Virus record (IMG/VR): IMGVR_UViG_3300035698_012408
Reading direction: 5' to 3' (one strand)
DNA length: 64,000 nucleotides
Origin: a virus
The translations under genes and the position numbers were made by a program. The first letter of the stretch is position 1, and each line of letters opens with the position of its first letter. Below the pieces are notes generated by a model. It worked only from the letters and a program-made list of their open reading frames with translations. It searched no databases and was not told the DNA's origin. Of this stretch, positions 15,469-26,300 are shown one piece after another.

Positions 15469-17076
15469 TTAATAGCAAGTGCCGCTGATTACTCGGAGCG
15501 TTACGCGGCTATCATTTACCATGCTGTCCGGCACGGTATCCGCTAGAGGCTCCAAACCATCAAAAAACGAAACTTCCTCGGTTAATTTATCCACATCCAC
15601 TACGTCGGCCTGCGCTGAGATCTCCACCAGCAGAATCATAGCCGTGTTCGGCGGCACGATCTTTGTCAGCAGCCGGGCGTTGTGCAACCCGATCTGATCT
15701 GTTCCGGTCGTAGCTACCTTCACTTTGACCAAATACGCATTGTTTCGTAAGACGTTTTCAATCAAAAACTGGAGTGGGTTTATGGTCGTCGGTAATTGTG
15801 CCGCTGTTGGTTCCCCAATTTTCTCGTCTCGGGTATCTAGCAAGTGTGCCAGCGTCCCGCGTCTGGCGGACTGCATGGTCTCATCGCAATCGCTCGGCGG
15901 ATACCAGACCTGTTCACACTCCTCACAATCATCGACAGGCCTCAAAGCCTCCTCCACGCCTCGGGCGTGCAGTAGATCGAAGAACGCATCTACGTCAAGC
16001 GGGAACCCTCCAAGCGGCCATGTCAGTTTGGTAAAGCCGCTCGGGTCATCAGTGATAACTGTGAGCGGTACGTCTTTGTTCTCAAACACCAGTTCCGAGT
16101 AAAAACAGCTCGCCAGCCAGCCGTCGCCCATAGCGAGAGCTGACAAATCGGACGGTGTCTCTCCACGATTGAATTCATAAAATGCCAACGTGTCCGTCAG
16201 CGTGTCGCCCCGCTGCACGACATCGCCGACCTCGACGATCGGTGTCGCGTTCAGGTGGAACGAGTACGAGTGCTGGTCAGTTATGATCAACCGGTGTCGC
16301 CGGTCGACCCTGATGTCCACAACAGTCTCCGCGGTCTCTCGCACGAGCGGTACCCCAGTCATCGCGGAGAACGCTGTCATGATCTGCCGTTTCGCCGTGC
16401 CGCCTACCATCGCGTCATACAAGGCGTTCATGATCTCTCGATAGCCAAGGCTGCTCTGCATCCTCGCACCGATCGCGTAACCGAACTGCTTATACACCGT
16501 GTCCCAGTCGAACTCTCCGCGGAATACCCACAGCAGTGCTTCTTCATCAACTGCGATACCGTCTTCGTAAACCGTGCGTTTCGCCACGCGGACGTCGTCG
16601 AACGGGTTTGTATTGAAAATTATGGCGTTGTCACGCAACACGTAATCGACGCCGGCCTGCCACGTCAGTGTCGGATCAGTGAAGCGATTCAGGATCAACG
16701 GCACGGTGACAAGGTCAGCCGGTCGCGGGAACGCATGATCTGGGCGGTCCTGCGGGACATCGTAAAGGTCACCGTCCCCGTAATCTGCATCGTCACCATA
16801 CCGCAGCAGCGACGTGTCGACATTGTTCCTCTCGCTCTGCCGCACATACATCGCATACCAGTTGTCGGTATGGTAAATCGGTACGGTGTAACGGCTGAGC
16901 GCGGCAATGAGCGACAGCACGTCCAACATTGTCTGTTGCTCTACCTGAGCCTTCCCCATCACCACTGCTTTGACTTGGTCATTGCCGTTATACGTGTCCG
17001 CCCACCAGCCGCCCAACAGGGCCAGCAGGTTATTTGGTTTATCATAAACATTTGCTGGGTATGTGTACTCTGCCAT
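15469..17076 (-). CDS. Baseplate wedge-type protein (535 aa), in the position of P2 gpI / T4 gp7-class proteins
   Basis: TAATG overlap with the J-like gene upstream. The call rests on gene order only. Confidence 0.35.
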   Translation of the reverse strand: MAEYTYPANVYDKPNNLLALLGGWWADTYNGNDQVKAVVMGKAQVEQQTMLDVLSLIAALSRYTVPIYHTDNWYAMYVRQSERNNVDTSLLRYGDDADYGDGDLYDVPQDRPDHAFPRPADLVTVPLILNRFTDPTLTWQAGVDYVLRDNAIIFNTNPFDDVRVAKRTVYEDGIAVDEEALLWVFRGEFDWDTVYKQFGYAIGARMQSSLGYREIMNALYDAMVGGTAKRQIMTAFSAMTGVPLVRETAETVVDIRVDRRHRLIITDQHSYSFHLNATPIVEVGDVVQRGDTLTDTLAFYEFNRGETPSDLSALAMGDGWLASCFYSELVFENKDVPLTVITDDPSGFTKLTWPLGGFPLDVDAFFDLLHARGVEEALRPVDDCEECEQVWYPPSDCDETMQSARRGTLAHLLDTRDEKIGEPTAAQLPTTINPLQFLIENVLRNNAYLVKVKVATTGTDQIGLHNARLLTKIVPPNTAMILLVEISAQADVVDVDKLTEEVSFFDGLEPLADTVPDSMVNDSRVTLRVISGTCY

Positions 17077-18716
17077 TATGAGCCTCGGTTTACGACGTTC
17101 AGTCCAATATCCTCAGCGTACAATATGAACGTGGCGGTGTTTCCCGTCACAAGTGTACTCGGAGAATCGGGCAACCATAACTCGTGCTTGTCACGGATGA
17201 CAGCGCGCGTCCCGTCCGGGCGGCGAATCATCCCGTGCATGTCGACCGCACTCACGGCCATCGACCCTTCCAGGTAGTCATGGATCAGGTCAGTGATCTG
17301 CGAGGCGTATAACACGCCTGGGAAATCCAGATTGTTTACCATCGACGCCAGGGCCTGCTTGATCGGATCGAGATCCGGTGCCGTCTCGCCAGTGTCTTTG
17401 ATGACATCGCAGTTGATCGACAAGAAGCACGGGACGCACGCCTTCACCAGCACGTCCGCCATGATATTGGCATGGTCGGCATCGACAGCGAACGCCTGGA
17501 GCTCGGTGATAAGCGGCATGGCCTGCACCGCCACGCTGTAGTCCGCGGTGTCGCCGATCGCAAGATCAACAACCGACGTAGCTGTGTCCTGGAATCGGAT
17601 TACCGCCGTCTGGTAGCGGGTGTAGGCAGCCTCCACGGCAGTCTTGATGTCTGGAATGAACGAGTCGCTGCCGAGATCGTAGCCACGGTCGTCGTAGACC
17701 ACCTCGAAACCGGCGATGTCCGTCGGGTCGTCCGGCCGGCGGATTTGCGAAACTTGGTAGAAGCCAGCGGCGTCATCACGATTTAACGCGAACTGCCAGA
17801 CCCCGCCACCACCGAGCTTCTGAACGAGCACGCACTCTTTTCGCAATGCCACGCTCTGTGGCGTCAGTGCTGGTCTCGCGTAGATGTCGACACGGCCGCC
17901 GCCGGATACCGGGAAGATCCAATGCTGGTCACGCTCCATCTCGGGATCACCATAACCGATGATCGAGTAGTGCAGCGTGTCCGCGAGTGCGGGCAGCGAC
18001 TTGAAGAGTGCGATAATGTTCTGTCGCCCTTGCATCACCTTGGCCGGGATGCCTTCGTCAAGGCGGTTGATCAGATTCTCATTGTCTTCCGTGGCCGTGC
18101 CGCCCTGGAAGTCATTGGACGCGTAAGCCGTGGCGAAGCGAGACGGTATCGTCTCTGGCGTGAATTTGGTGTTCTGCCGGACATTGCCGGCCTCGCCTAC
18201 GTCGTTGGCCGTGATAGGCACGGTGAACTCGTATGACCCGTCACCGCGAGGTTCCAGCGTCCGCTGGTCGAAGCTGGAGGCCGGGGAGCCGGGCGGGTTG
18301 GCTACGATCGGATAGTCCACCGTAAAGTTCTGCCCGTTCGCGGTATAGGTCGAGTTGGCAGAGATTACGACGCTCGTGCTGCCCTCGTATACCAGGGTCA
18401 TCTCACCCTTCGCGCGGGTGCCGATCTTTCGCTCGATCATGAAGTTCGACAGCACGTCGTCGACAAGATCGTCGTCGGCCAGCGTGGGATTCTCATTGAG
18501 CACGAGCAAGCTACGCGCATCCAGCACGTTGTTGACTTCCGTCTGATTGACGCCACCGGAGATGCCGCCAGCCATAAATGCGACAATATCGTGGATTACG
18601 CCACGAGACAGTTCGACTTCCGGGTAGCGCTCTTGAATGAGCTCAGAGAGCTCAGCTTGCGCCTGCGTAACAACGTCCGGGTCGAGTTGTGAAATGTCTG
18701 TTACTTTGAGACCCAT
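17076..18716 (-). CDS. Baseplate J-like protein (P2 gpJ / Mu gp47 / T4 gp6 class)
   Basis: The track start 18731 is a GTG. I prefer ATG 18716, with GGTGGAGGG 7 nt upstream. Segment FMIERKIGTRAKGEMTLVYEGSTSVVISANSTY resembles the Baseplate_J signature (R..A..A.G.v.f......i..gt). It follows a gp25-like gene. Confidence 0.55.
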   Translation of the reverse strand: MGLKVTDISQLDPDVVTQAQAELSELIQERYPEVELSRGVIHDIVAFMAGGISGGVNQTEVNNVLDARSLLVLNENPTLADDDLVDDVLSNFMIERKIGTRAKGEMTLVYEGSTSVVISANSTYTANGQNFTVDYPIVANPPGSPASSFDQRTLEPRGDGSYEFTVPITANDVGEAGNVRQNTKFTPETIPSRFATAYASNDFQGGTATEDNENLINRLDEGIPAKVMQGRQNIIALFKSLPALADTLHYSIIGYGDPEMERDQHWIFPVSGGGRVDIYARPALTPQSVALRKECVLVQKLGGGGVWQFALNRDDAAGFYQVSQIRRPDDPTDIAGFEVVYDDRGYDLGSDSFIPDIKTAVEAAYTRYQTAVIRFQDTATSVVDLAIGDTADYSVAVQAMPLITELQAFAVDADHANIMADVLVKACVPCFLSINCDVIKDTGETAPDLDPIKQALASMVNNLDFPGVLYASQITDLIHDYLEGSMAVSAVDMHGMIRRPDGTRAVIRDKHELWLPDSPSTLVTGNTATFILYAEDIGLNVVNRGS

Positions 18717-18731
18717 CCCTGGTCCCTCCAC

Positions 18732-19214
18732 CTAGTTAAGCTCCACGGGTGTGATAGCAATTGGTAAGATCACCTCTCGCTGATCACCCGCCTGTGACGT
18801 AATGACAACATACAACTGCAAAAACCCGTCCAGCAGTGCAATCTGGTCGAGCACGGCACTGGTAAACCGATCTTCGGGATTCCATGTGTCGTCCTCTTCG
18901 TTAATCAAATTCTGCCGCACTCGGACGGCGGCGAAGTTGAACTGCGCCCGCACGTCTGCTTCATGCCGCAGTCCACCGCGTTTCGCGACTGTCAGAAAAT
19001 TACTGCCTCGCGTGGCCAGATGGTAACCCATCGAGCCGAGCGGGGTCATAAATTCCAGGAGCCAGCGTTGTGCCAGCTTCTGCACGCCCGTGCAAACCGC
19101 CCCGGCAATATCGGGGCCGAATAACGTCTGATCGAGTAACACCTCTCCGCTGCTGGTAGCGCCGCGGATGGCGATAACATCGAATTTTCGTCCAACATAT
19201 TGACTTGCAGACAT
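18732..19214 (-). CDS. gp25/gpW-like baseplate wedge protein (160 aa), tentative
   Basis: Size and position immediately upstream of the J-like gene. Loose motif LLEFMTPLGSMGY...RVRQNL....EDRF.....DQI....GFLQLYVVI. TAAATG junction with the upstream gene. Confidence 0.4.
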   Translation of the reverse strand: MSASQYVGRKFDVIAIRGATSSGEVLLDQTLFGPDIAGAVCTGVQKLAQRWLLEFMTPLGSMGYHLATRGSNFLTVAKRGGLRHEADVRAQFNFAAVRVRQNLINEEDDTWNPEDRFTSAVLDQIALLDGFLQLYVVITSQAGDQREVILPIAITPVELN

Positions 19215-19688
19215 TTATTGCTCCCCGCCAACAGCTCCTGTGGCGATGATGTCTCCGGCTTCTTTTCGAGTCGCCTCTAACGCCATGCCGTGGTGCTGCC
19301 CGTAACGCCTACCGTGTGCGTGACAAATACATCTGCAAATCGTAGCGTGCCGGTGTCGGAACGCTCGCTCCTCACCTGCATTGTAGTCCAACTGCATCTT
19401 AACACTGACCACGTCGCCTGTCGTCCCCGGCTCCGTGGCGGACTTCATGATTTCCTCATAAGCCGTATTGAGCTCTTCTCGCTCAAAACTCGGCTTGTGC
19501 AGCGATTCGATCTTGTGCAGATCCCCCGCGAAGTCTGACGGGATCTGCCACTGCCGCTGCTCCTCTGCCAACAATGCCTTGTAAAGGATGCCAGCCTGCG
19601 CCATGAGATCGTCGATCCGCTGATTGAACACGGGGGCAACGATGCCCTTTTTCTGACCCTTTCGGCCTCCAGCTGGTCTATTTGGCAT
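19215..19688 (-). CDS. Cys/His-cluster protein (157 aa) directly downstream of the sigma factor; possible sigma partner / anti-sigma
   Basis: ATG at 19688, 2 nt after the sigma stop. C-terminal FRHRHATICRCICHAHGRRYGQHHG metal-ligand cluster. Confidence 0.3.
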   Translation of the reverse strand: MPNRPAGGRKGQKKGIVAPVFNQRIDDLMAQAGILYKALLAEEQRQWQIPSDFAGDLHKIESLHKPSFEREELNTAYEEIMKSATEPGTTGDVVSVKMQLDYNAGEERAFRHRHATICRCICHAHGRRYGQHHGMALEATRKEAGDIIATGAVGGEQ

Positions 19689-19690
19689 GA

Positions 19691-20482
19691 TTACACCCCG
19701 TGCCGTTCATCGAGTTGCTCCTGAATCCGTGCTTTCCGCTGACTCACGGCTCCAGGTGAGATTCCGAGCCGCTCTGCGATTTCTCTGTTCTCCAGCACAG
19801 GGGAATTATGCTTACCCAGTGTGAAATCCAAAACCGCTTGATCAACAGGTCCAAGGTCCTGGTATACCATTTCTTCCCACATAACTCCAGCCACATCTGT
19901 GCCAGGAACCGTAGAAGCCGGTGAGTAAGGGGCTCCGGTCTCGTCTGTCAGCGAGCCAGTATTGACCCCGGGCTGCGCCTGCCGAACGTAGCCGATACGC
20001 TTCAATGATAGCCCCGTACTGGCGGCAATCTCCGCGTCACTCGGGTCACGCCCCAGATCCTCGCGTAGTCGCTCCTCGTCATCGACCAAATGCTGCCGAT
20101 CGAGTATGACACCCTCCGGGATGCCGATAATCTGCCTGGATTTCCCCTGAACTCGTTGCAATCCGCGGAGTTGCGACAGCAGATGCGTCTTCATCGTGCC
20201 CTGCTGTGGGTCATACGAATCGAAGGCCCGCAATGCCATGAGTCTTGCTTGACTCTTCGCATGTGGGCCGCCGGTTGGGGCGTACGAGTGGACTGCGGTG
20301 CTCAGGATCGGATCAACCGCTCGCAGCAACGCACCCCGCGTGGTGGCGTCTGGTTTCTTCTGCCACGCCGTAAATGCTTCCGTGTAGGGTTGTTCCATCC
20401 GCTGGTTCGCCGAAGCACCGCCACCGAACGGCATAGTGTCATCCAGCACGGATTTCGGCCTGTTTTTATATTCAGTCGGCAT
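19691..20482 (-). CDS. Sigma-70 family RNA polymerase sigma factor (regions 2, 3 and 4 recognisable)
   Basis: Start re-set to ATG 20482, with GGAGGAG 7 nt upstream and 1 nt after the upstream TAA. Region 2-like ARLMALRAFDSYDPQQGTMKTHLLSQLRG. Region 3-like LGRDPSDAEIAASTGLSLKRIGYV. Region 4 HTH NREIAERLGISPGAVSQRKARIQEQL. Confidence 0.75.
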   Translation of the reverse strand: MPTEYKNRPKSVLDDTMPFGGGASANQRMEQPYTEAFTAWQKKPDATTRGALLRAVDPILSTAVHSYAPTGGPHAKSQARLMALRAFDSYDPQQGTMKTHLLSQLRGLQRVQGKSRQIIGIPEGVILDRQHLVDDEERLREDLGRDPSDAEIAASTGLSLKRIGYVRQAQPGVNTGSLTDETGAPYSPASTVPGTDVAGVMWEEMVYQDLGPVDQAVLDFTLGKHNSPVLENREIAERLGISPGAVSQRKARIQEQLDERHGV

Positions 20483-20483
20483 A

Positions 20484-22109
20484 TTAAGTCTCCTCCGGTG
20501 CCACTTGCGGTACCATCGTACCACCTACCCACTTATTCACGTAAAGCGGCGGACCCGCCACGGACGTCTGCGGTTCTGTGTTTTCCTGCTCCGTTCGGAT
20601 ATGAGCAAGCGTGAAGGCCGTTCCAGCCTTCTGGCTCTCTGAGTTGATCAGATAGGATACTTGCATCACGGTGCCGTAGATGTCCTCTACGAGGTCGTCC
20701 TGCTGGATATTCCTGGCTCCCCCCGCTTTTACCAGCACATTGGAACCCGGGCAGATGTCGAATCGTAGTTTACCCGACAGCTCACCGATGCGTCCCTTCA
20801 ATGATTCTAACACAAACCACTGATGGGCGTAAGCGCTCATCACGCCCTTCTGCGCCACTTGATCGGCCAATATGTCATTGGCGGGGAATTGTGGCTTACC
20901 CGTGACCTCGTCAACGCTGGTGCCGATCGGATCACCCTCAACCCCCTGCGACGTTGCTGAAAAGACGTAAGGTATGACAGAGTCAGCCAGCCACTTCGGT
21001 GCAGATTTAAGCAGCACGACGCCCTTTTTTTGTCCGTCTGGCTGATACCACCCAGCGCAGCCGCCACGATCCAGCTTCATCGCACCACGATTCATGTCCC
21101 AGCCAGACATTGACATGACTGGATGCGTAATGCCAACCGCCCTGAGCACCTGATGCAGCTGGGCGTTCAAATCTGACTGCACGTAATCTTCAGTACCGAT
21201 TACCGCCCACGGCTCACCTTGCAGGCCGCCGGCGAATGGGACGATCAGACAGTCCTCGACACGTGGAATCACCGAGAAAAAATATGACGGGGCATATTCG
21301 CCTACCAGTTTTCCCCAAAGCGTAGTATTGGTAAAATTCTGGTTAGTCTCATTGAGCAACGCTTGCGCCAGTCCATGCTGAATCACTGCACCGTTGGACC
21401 CATTGAGGTCCACCGCCAGCGGGGCGTCGGGATCGACAATGATTCGTGTCAACGCATCTTTGCTATTATCGTCACCGCCGCCGGGCTGCCCGCCAAGCAG
21501 GCTCACCTCGAACGGATCATCATCCGTTATGGCCATCATCCACGGCTTCAGCGTGTTTGTCCACAGATCATCCTGGAATGTTGCCACCAACGAATCGTCA
21601 ACGATGGGAATCCAGGTTGGGTTACCGCCGGCGCCTTCGTCGTCGCCTCGCCCCAGTGCCCTATAGGCCGCGGGGTACGTGTAGTCAGATGGGTTACCAG
21701 GGTGTGACGATGCGGAGATCGCCGACGTGTAATTGAGGTCACCGAGCCAGTGAAGCATGTTGATCGTAAAGTGAGCACCTTCATAACCCCGCCGCCAGCC
21801 GGTTCCGACAATTTTACCTTCAAAGATCTTCATCCGCACCTGATCCGGTACCCCGGGCTCGGCACTCTCCACCTGCGTGACAGTTGCCGTCAGGAAAACC
21901 TCGATCTTCTGTTGTTGCTTCAGGCTACTGATAGCAGAATGAATCGTGGCTGGATTTCCCGTCGCCACGTTACGACCAACAGCAACCAGTAGCGACGCCG
22001 TCGGGATGCTGTTCATCGCCCACGAGGATGCGTACTGCACCACGTCGTCGAACAGAAAGCCCGCGACTTCGGCTTCAACCTTCAGTTTTATTACAGCAAA
22101 AGGTGGCAT
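20484..22109 (-). CDS. Baseplate hub candidate (gpD / Mu gp44 / gp27-VgrG class), 541 aa
   Basis: Start re-set to ATG 22109 (MPPFAVIKLKVEAEV...), with a TAATG overlap with the upstream stop. Lies after the tape measure and before the gp25/J-like genes. Confidence 0.4.
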   Translation of the reverse strand: MPPFAVIKLKVEAEVAGFLFDDVVQYASSWAMNSIPTASLLVAVGRNVATGNPATIHSAISSLKQQQKIEVFLTATVTQVESAEPGVPDQVRMKIFEGKIVGTGWRRGYEGAHFTINMLHWLGDLNYTSAISASSHPGNPSDYTYPAAYRALGRGDDEGAGGNPTWIPIVDDSLVATFQDDLWTNTLKPWMMAITDDDPFEVSLLGGQPGGGDDNSKDALTRIIVDPDAPLAVDLNGSNGAVIQHGLAQALLNETNQNFTNTTLWGKLVGEYAPSYFFSVIPRVEDCLIVPFAGGLQGEPWAVIGTEDYVQSDLNAQLHQVLRAVGITHPVMSMSGWDMNRGAMKLDRGGCAGWYQPDGQKKGVVLLKSAPKWLADSVIPYVFSATSQGVEGDPIGTSVDEVTGKPQFPANDILADQVAQKGVMSAYAHQWFVLESLKGRIGELSGKLRFDICPGSNVLVKAGGARNIQQDDLVEDIYGTVMQVSYLINSESQKAGTAFTLAHIRTEQENTEPQTSVAGPPLYVNKWVGGTMVPQVAPEET

Positions 22110-22903
22110 TACACGTCCTGTGGCATTGTGTTGACACGGTCTACCAGTGCGAGTAGCAACGCACCGTAACGATAAGCGGCAAGCGGGTTGGACACCCACG
22201 TACGCTTCCACGTAGCAACAGGCTCCACGGCGTTCATCGGGAACAAGGCCTGAAGGCCGTCATCGCCCAAAACTGTTTCCACGCGGCCTAGCATCTGTCC
22301 AATGTCGTCAATAGGTTGGCCGATCGATTCGATGGTCCAACGCGTGGATACTGGGGCCTCCTTGATGCGAACACTGAGATTCGAGCCCGGCAACGCGTAA
22401 CTCGGGGACATCCCGCCAGCATAAGTCAACGGATGCACCACGGAATCCGCGGCAGGCGTTCGCTTGTCTATCCGCAGCGTGTCGGCGGTCAGCACCGTGA
22501 CGTCCCACAGTTGCCGGAGAATGTAGTTACCGGATGACACGATATGATTGCCAGTCACATAGATGGTCTCGCCAGTGCCGTTGATTTGTGATACGTCAGT
22601 CTTGAAAATATCACTGAAGAACGTCTCGTCATCCACCAACGGTAAGTACGTCACACGAGGATCGTAATCCGTCACGAACTCTGCCATCTCGGTCGAATGG
22701 ATTATGGACAGCAGTTGCCGCACACGGTAATTCAAGAACACGCGATCTGGCTGCGTGCCAAACAAATGCGAGTACACCTTCGATAATGACGAGTTGAGTC
22801 TGCGCGGAACGAAATTCTCGGGTATGTACTCTTCACCGTAGTAATCAGGTGCATAACCGTCGCGTGTGCGATTCATCAAAAGTGTGCGAACATGATTGAT
22901 CAT
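22109..22903 (-). CDS. Hypothetical baseplate/tail protein (264 aa)
   Basis: ATG at 22903 with GGAG 7 nt upstream. Translationally coupled to the hub candidate. Confidence 0.65.
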   Translation of the reverse strand: MINHVRTLLMNRTRDGYAPDYYGEEYIPENFVPRRLNSSLSKVYSHLFGTQPDRVFLNYRVRQLLSIIHSTEMAEFVTDYDPRVTYLPLVDDETFFSDIFKTDVSQINGTGETIYVTGNHIVSSGNYILRQLWDVTVLTADTLRIDKRTPAADSVVHPLTYAGGMSPSYALPGSNLSVRIKEAPVSTRWTIESIGQPIDDIGQMLGRVETVLGDDGLQALFPMNAVEPVATWKRTWVSNPLAAYRYGALLLALVDRVNTMPQDV

Positions 22904-22923
22904 CTCAAATCTCCAAACGTATA

Positions 22924-23394
22924 TTAAGCCCCGGGGAACGAATTAAAGCGAAGCGCCCACTGTGCGAGCTGCCGCTCTGAATCGGCAACGTCGACATTCG
23001 TCCCAGTCAGGAAACCACGATACGGGTCGTCTCCGAAGCTCACAGTGACAGGGCCACCCTTCTCGGATAGCCGGTTAGCCATATACGATTTCAAAATTGT
23101 ATTGATTCCATTATCGCCCACGCACGCGGTACCGAAGGCCACGCCGCTTATCCGCAGCTCGCCTATGCGATCTCCGAAAACGTAGACGTAGATTGTTTCA
23201 TTCAGCGTGTGCAGGAACTGGAAGTTCCCTGACTCCACGATAGCGGCCTGCGTCACGATCAGGTTCGTTGATTCTCCGGGTTTAATACCCATGTCCTCAA
23301 CTTGAATCGTAAACGGCAGTGTGCCATCGACAGTATGCGACTGGCTCTGAATCCGCTTTACGCTGCCTCGTTTATGTGCAAAGAAAACAGCCAT
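22924..23394 (-). CDS. Tube-like paralogue (156 aa), candidate tube initiator
   Basis: Lies immediately after the tape-measure stop. ETIYVYVFGDRIGELRISGVAFG resembles SEYVYYVGGRTQGTATLSRVVGP of the tube candidate at 32347..32784. Confidence 0.4.
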   Translation of the reverse strand: MAVFFAHKRGSVKRIQSQSHTVDGTLPFTIQVEDMGIKPGESTNLIVTQAAIVESGNFQFLHTLNETIYVYVFGDRIGELRISGVAFGTACVGDNGINTILKSYMANRLSEKGGPVTVSFGDDPYRGFLTGTNVDVADSERQLAQWALRFNSFPGA

Positions 23395-23395
23395 G

Positions 23396-26300
23396 TTATC
23401 CGAGCCCTATTGCGTTATTTACCATGTTCATGACACCTTCGCCTACCGCTGTGAGCGACATCGTGTCGTCATCATGCACGGTAAGGTGCCCACCCTTTAA
23501 CGTCACTGTCATCTTCTTCTCTTCTCCGCCTTCCGGCGTATCTACCATTCCCGGCATGTCTCGCAGTTGTCGAATAATGGTGTCGGTGATCGCATCAGCC
23601 CCGCGGCCTTGCAGCCCCACCCCGTCCAACACTGCGGCATCCCGTTGCATCCTCGCTAGGTCGCCTTGTTCATCTTCCGTGAGGTTCGCGTTACGTAACT
23701 TTTCCGCAGCTTGCTGCCGCTGGGCGTCGGTCAGTCTGCTGGCGTCCGTAACATCCTCACCGAAAAGACCCTTGGCAACAGCCAGCTCTTCAATACCTGC
23801 CCGTCCGCGGATGGCCCGATCTACGATCTCCATACGGGTGCGGCCACCGGCTGTCAACGCTTTGACAATCTCGGCACGGTTGCCTGCCCCACCCATACGG
23901 TCTTGCTGTGCGTCATCGCCGAGCCCGATCAATCGGTCGGCCACGTCGGCTGCTAACACGTCGGTGTCGCCAGAACGGCGTACAAATTTCTGACGATCCA
24001 CGAGTGCTTCTCGCTCAAGGTCTGTCATCTCTTCATCAGAACCTGCCTTATGCACCCGCCCCGTGCTAGTCTTCGTCTGTATTTCCTTCCAATTGGAATC
24101 AAGCTGCTGTTTAGCGTCGCGAGCCTGCTCCGTGACTTTTGCATCCACGCCCTTAGCACCCGCCAATATGTCAGCTACAGAGACGGGAGCACCTAATCGC
24201 TTGCTTTCAGCAGCAGCCAGTCCTTGCAGCTCACGCGCGTCATCCAAGGTCGTCTGCACCAGCTCCAAGCCACCACGTCCCAGTTGCTCCATGCGGACTG
24301 TGTCATCCAATAAGGCCATTGACTGCGCGGATGCTCCGCCGACATAACGATCTGTGGCTTTGTTAATGTCCGCGGCGTCACCGCCTTCGTCGACTAATTT
24401 CGTAAGATTGGTACCAGCATCCCCAATGGCCGCAATGTCATCATCACTGACCTTGGCTCCGACCATCACGCCGAGCTCATCACGTAAATAAGTACCGAAT
24501 GTCTCGCCGGCTTCTGCTTTCTTGAGTTTTTCCTTGTATTCTGGCGTGCCGTAGGCTGAATCACCAAGCATTAAACCTTGTTCTTCCGCCAGCTTGAGTG
24601 CCTCTGCCGGATCTAAATCCCCAGCGCCCTGCATGAATTCCGCACGTTGCTGGTCGTGATATTGTCGTAATGCCACGGCGGCTTCTCTTTGTACTGCTTC
24701 TGATTGCAACCCTTCGGAAGACGTTACGCGACCATCAGCATCCCGTGTCTGAATACCAGTCGCCGTCAAGAAGCGGCCACCGCCGAGATCGATTTCGCCA
24801 GTCCTGGCCAACACCGCACGCAACCGAGAACGCCCGGCCAGCTTTGCAGCATTGCGATCGACAGGATCGGCAGCAGTGGCTTGTGTTGTTACATTCCCTT
24901 CCAGTTCAGCAATCTGCGTGTCCAGATTAGTTAATCCAGCGTCTTGTATCCGTCGATCCCGTGTGCGTTGATCGTTTACTTTTTGCATCGCTTCTTGCTT
25001 CTGCACGTCAGTGGCCTCTGCGGCCGTAATCTCCTCACGTGACGCCTCCATCCTTGCAAGCTCTTGCGTCGCAAAGATACCACCTTCTGTTAATGCCTTC
25101 AGTCCACGTGACGCCTGCTGGAGCTGTTTGAATTGTTCAGGATCGTTAGGATCTAAATTTCTTGATTTCTCTATCAATCCTAGTACCTCGGCGGCGGCAC
25201 CTTGCGGATCAGCAGCAGCTATAGCGGCTAAATCCACACCACCTAAGGCTTTTTGCATTATTTCCGCCGCTGTGGTATCTGGCCCCGCTTGCTGAATGGC
25301 GTCTGAGATACGCTGGATAGGCCCAGCTGTTCCCAAGCTGGAAAACGCACTTTGCATCATAGTCGTGGCATCAGCTTGCCGATCCCGCCGACGCCGTTGT
25401 TCAAATGCCTCCGGCGAATGCGAATCCACATAACCGACAAACGACTTAGTTAGTGGATTCTCTCGCGCAATTGCATCCACGGTAGCGTAGATAGATTCAC
25501 CGACGGTGGAAAGCTGATCTTCTCCACCCATCTGATCAACCGTCTCGTCAGTCATCTTGTCAATTTCAGCGTCTGATGCACCGGGCATACGCTTCTTGAT
25601 TGATTCTCGTAATCTAGCACGGAACGAGGCACCTAACGCGTCGCGGCGGGTGCCAGCTTCTCGTGCCTCCTCTGGTGTGAGGTTACGAACATCGTCGGAC
25701 ACACCTTGCCCGACTTCAAGCATCATCTTACGGAAGCTCGCCGTGTCCGTGACTACGCCGCCCGCTTGCAGCATATCATCAACACCGCTCTCCATGAGGC
25801 GGCTACCAAACCGATTGCCCAAAGCCGGTGCAAACAGCTGTCGCCCCATCTCTGTACCTTGCAGTTCACGCATTATCTGCCCGGTACCATACTGATCTGA
25901 AAACTCTTGATTGCCATAGCGGTCCATGAGAATCGACATCGAATCTGTACGAGTGACACCAACATTTGCTAGCAGGCCTTGCAGTCGATTACGATTGATT
26001 GCGACGTTTCTGGTCTGCGTCTCCCCCTGGGCGTCCGTGAAAGTGTATGACGTGTCTTTCCGCTCCACCGCTTGCATTAACATATCGAGCTCGCTGTCCT
26101 TGCGAGCTGTAAACATGCCAGCATCCCGCATCCGCATCAACGCAGAGAGATTATTGGTAGCCGGAGACGCGTTGGCGTGCATGGTTAATTGCTGATCCGC
26201 CATTGTCAACTGCTCTTGAGTGAGTGCTCCCCATGCTGGAATGTCAAGCCCACGAGTATCTGCAACCGCAGCCCCGAAACCCACGGCGTGCTGCGTGGCC

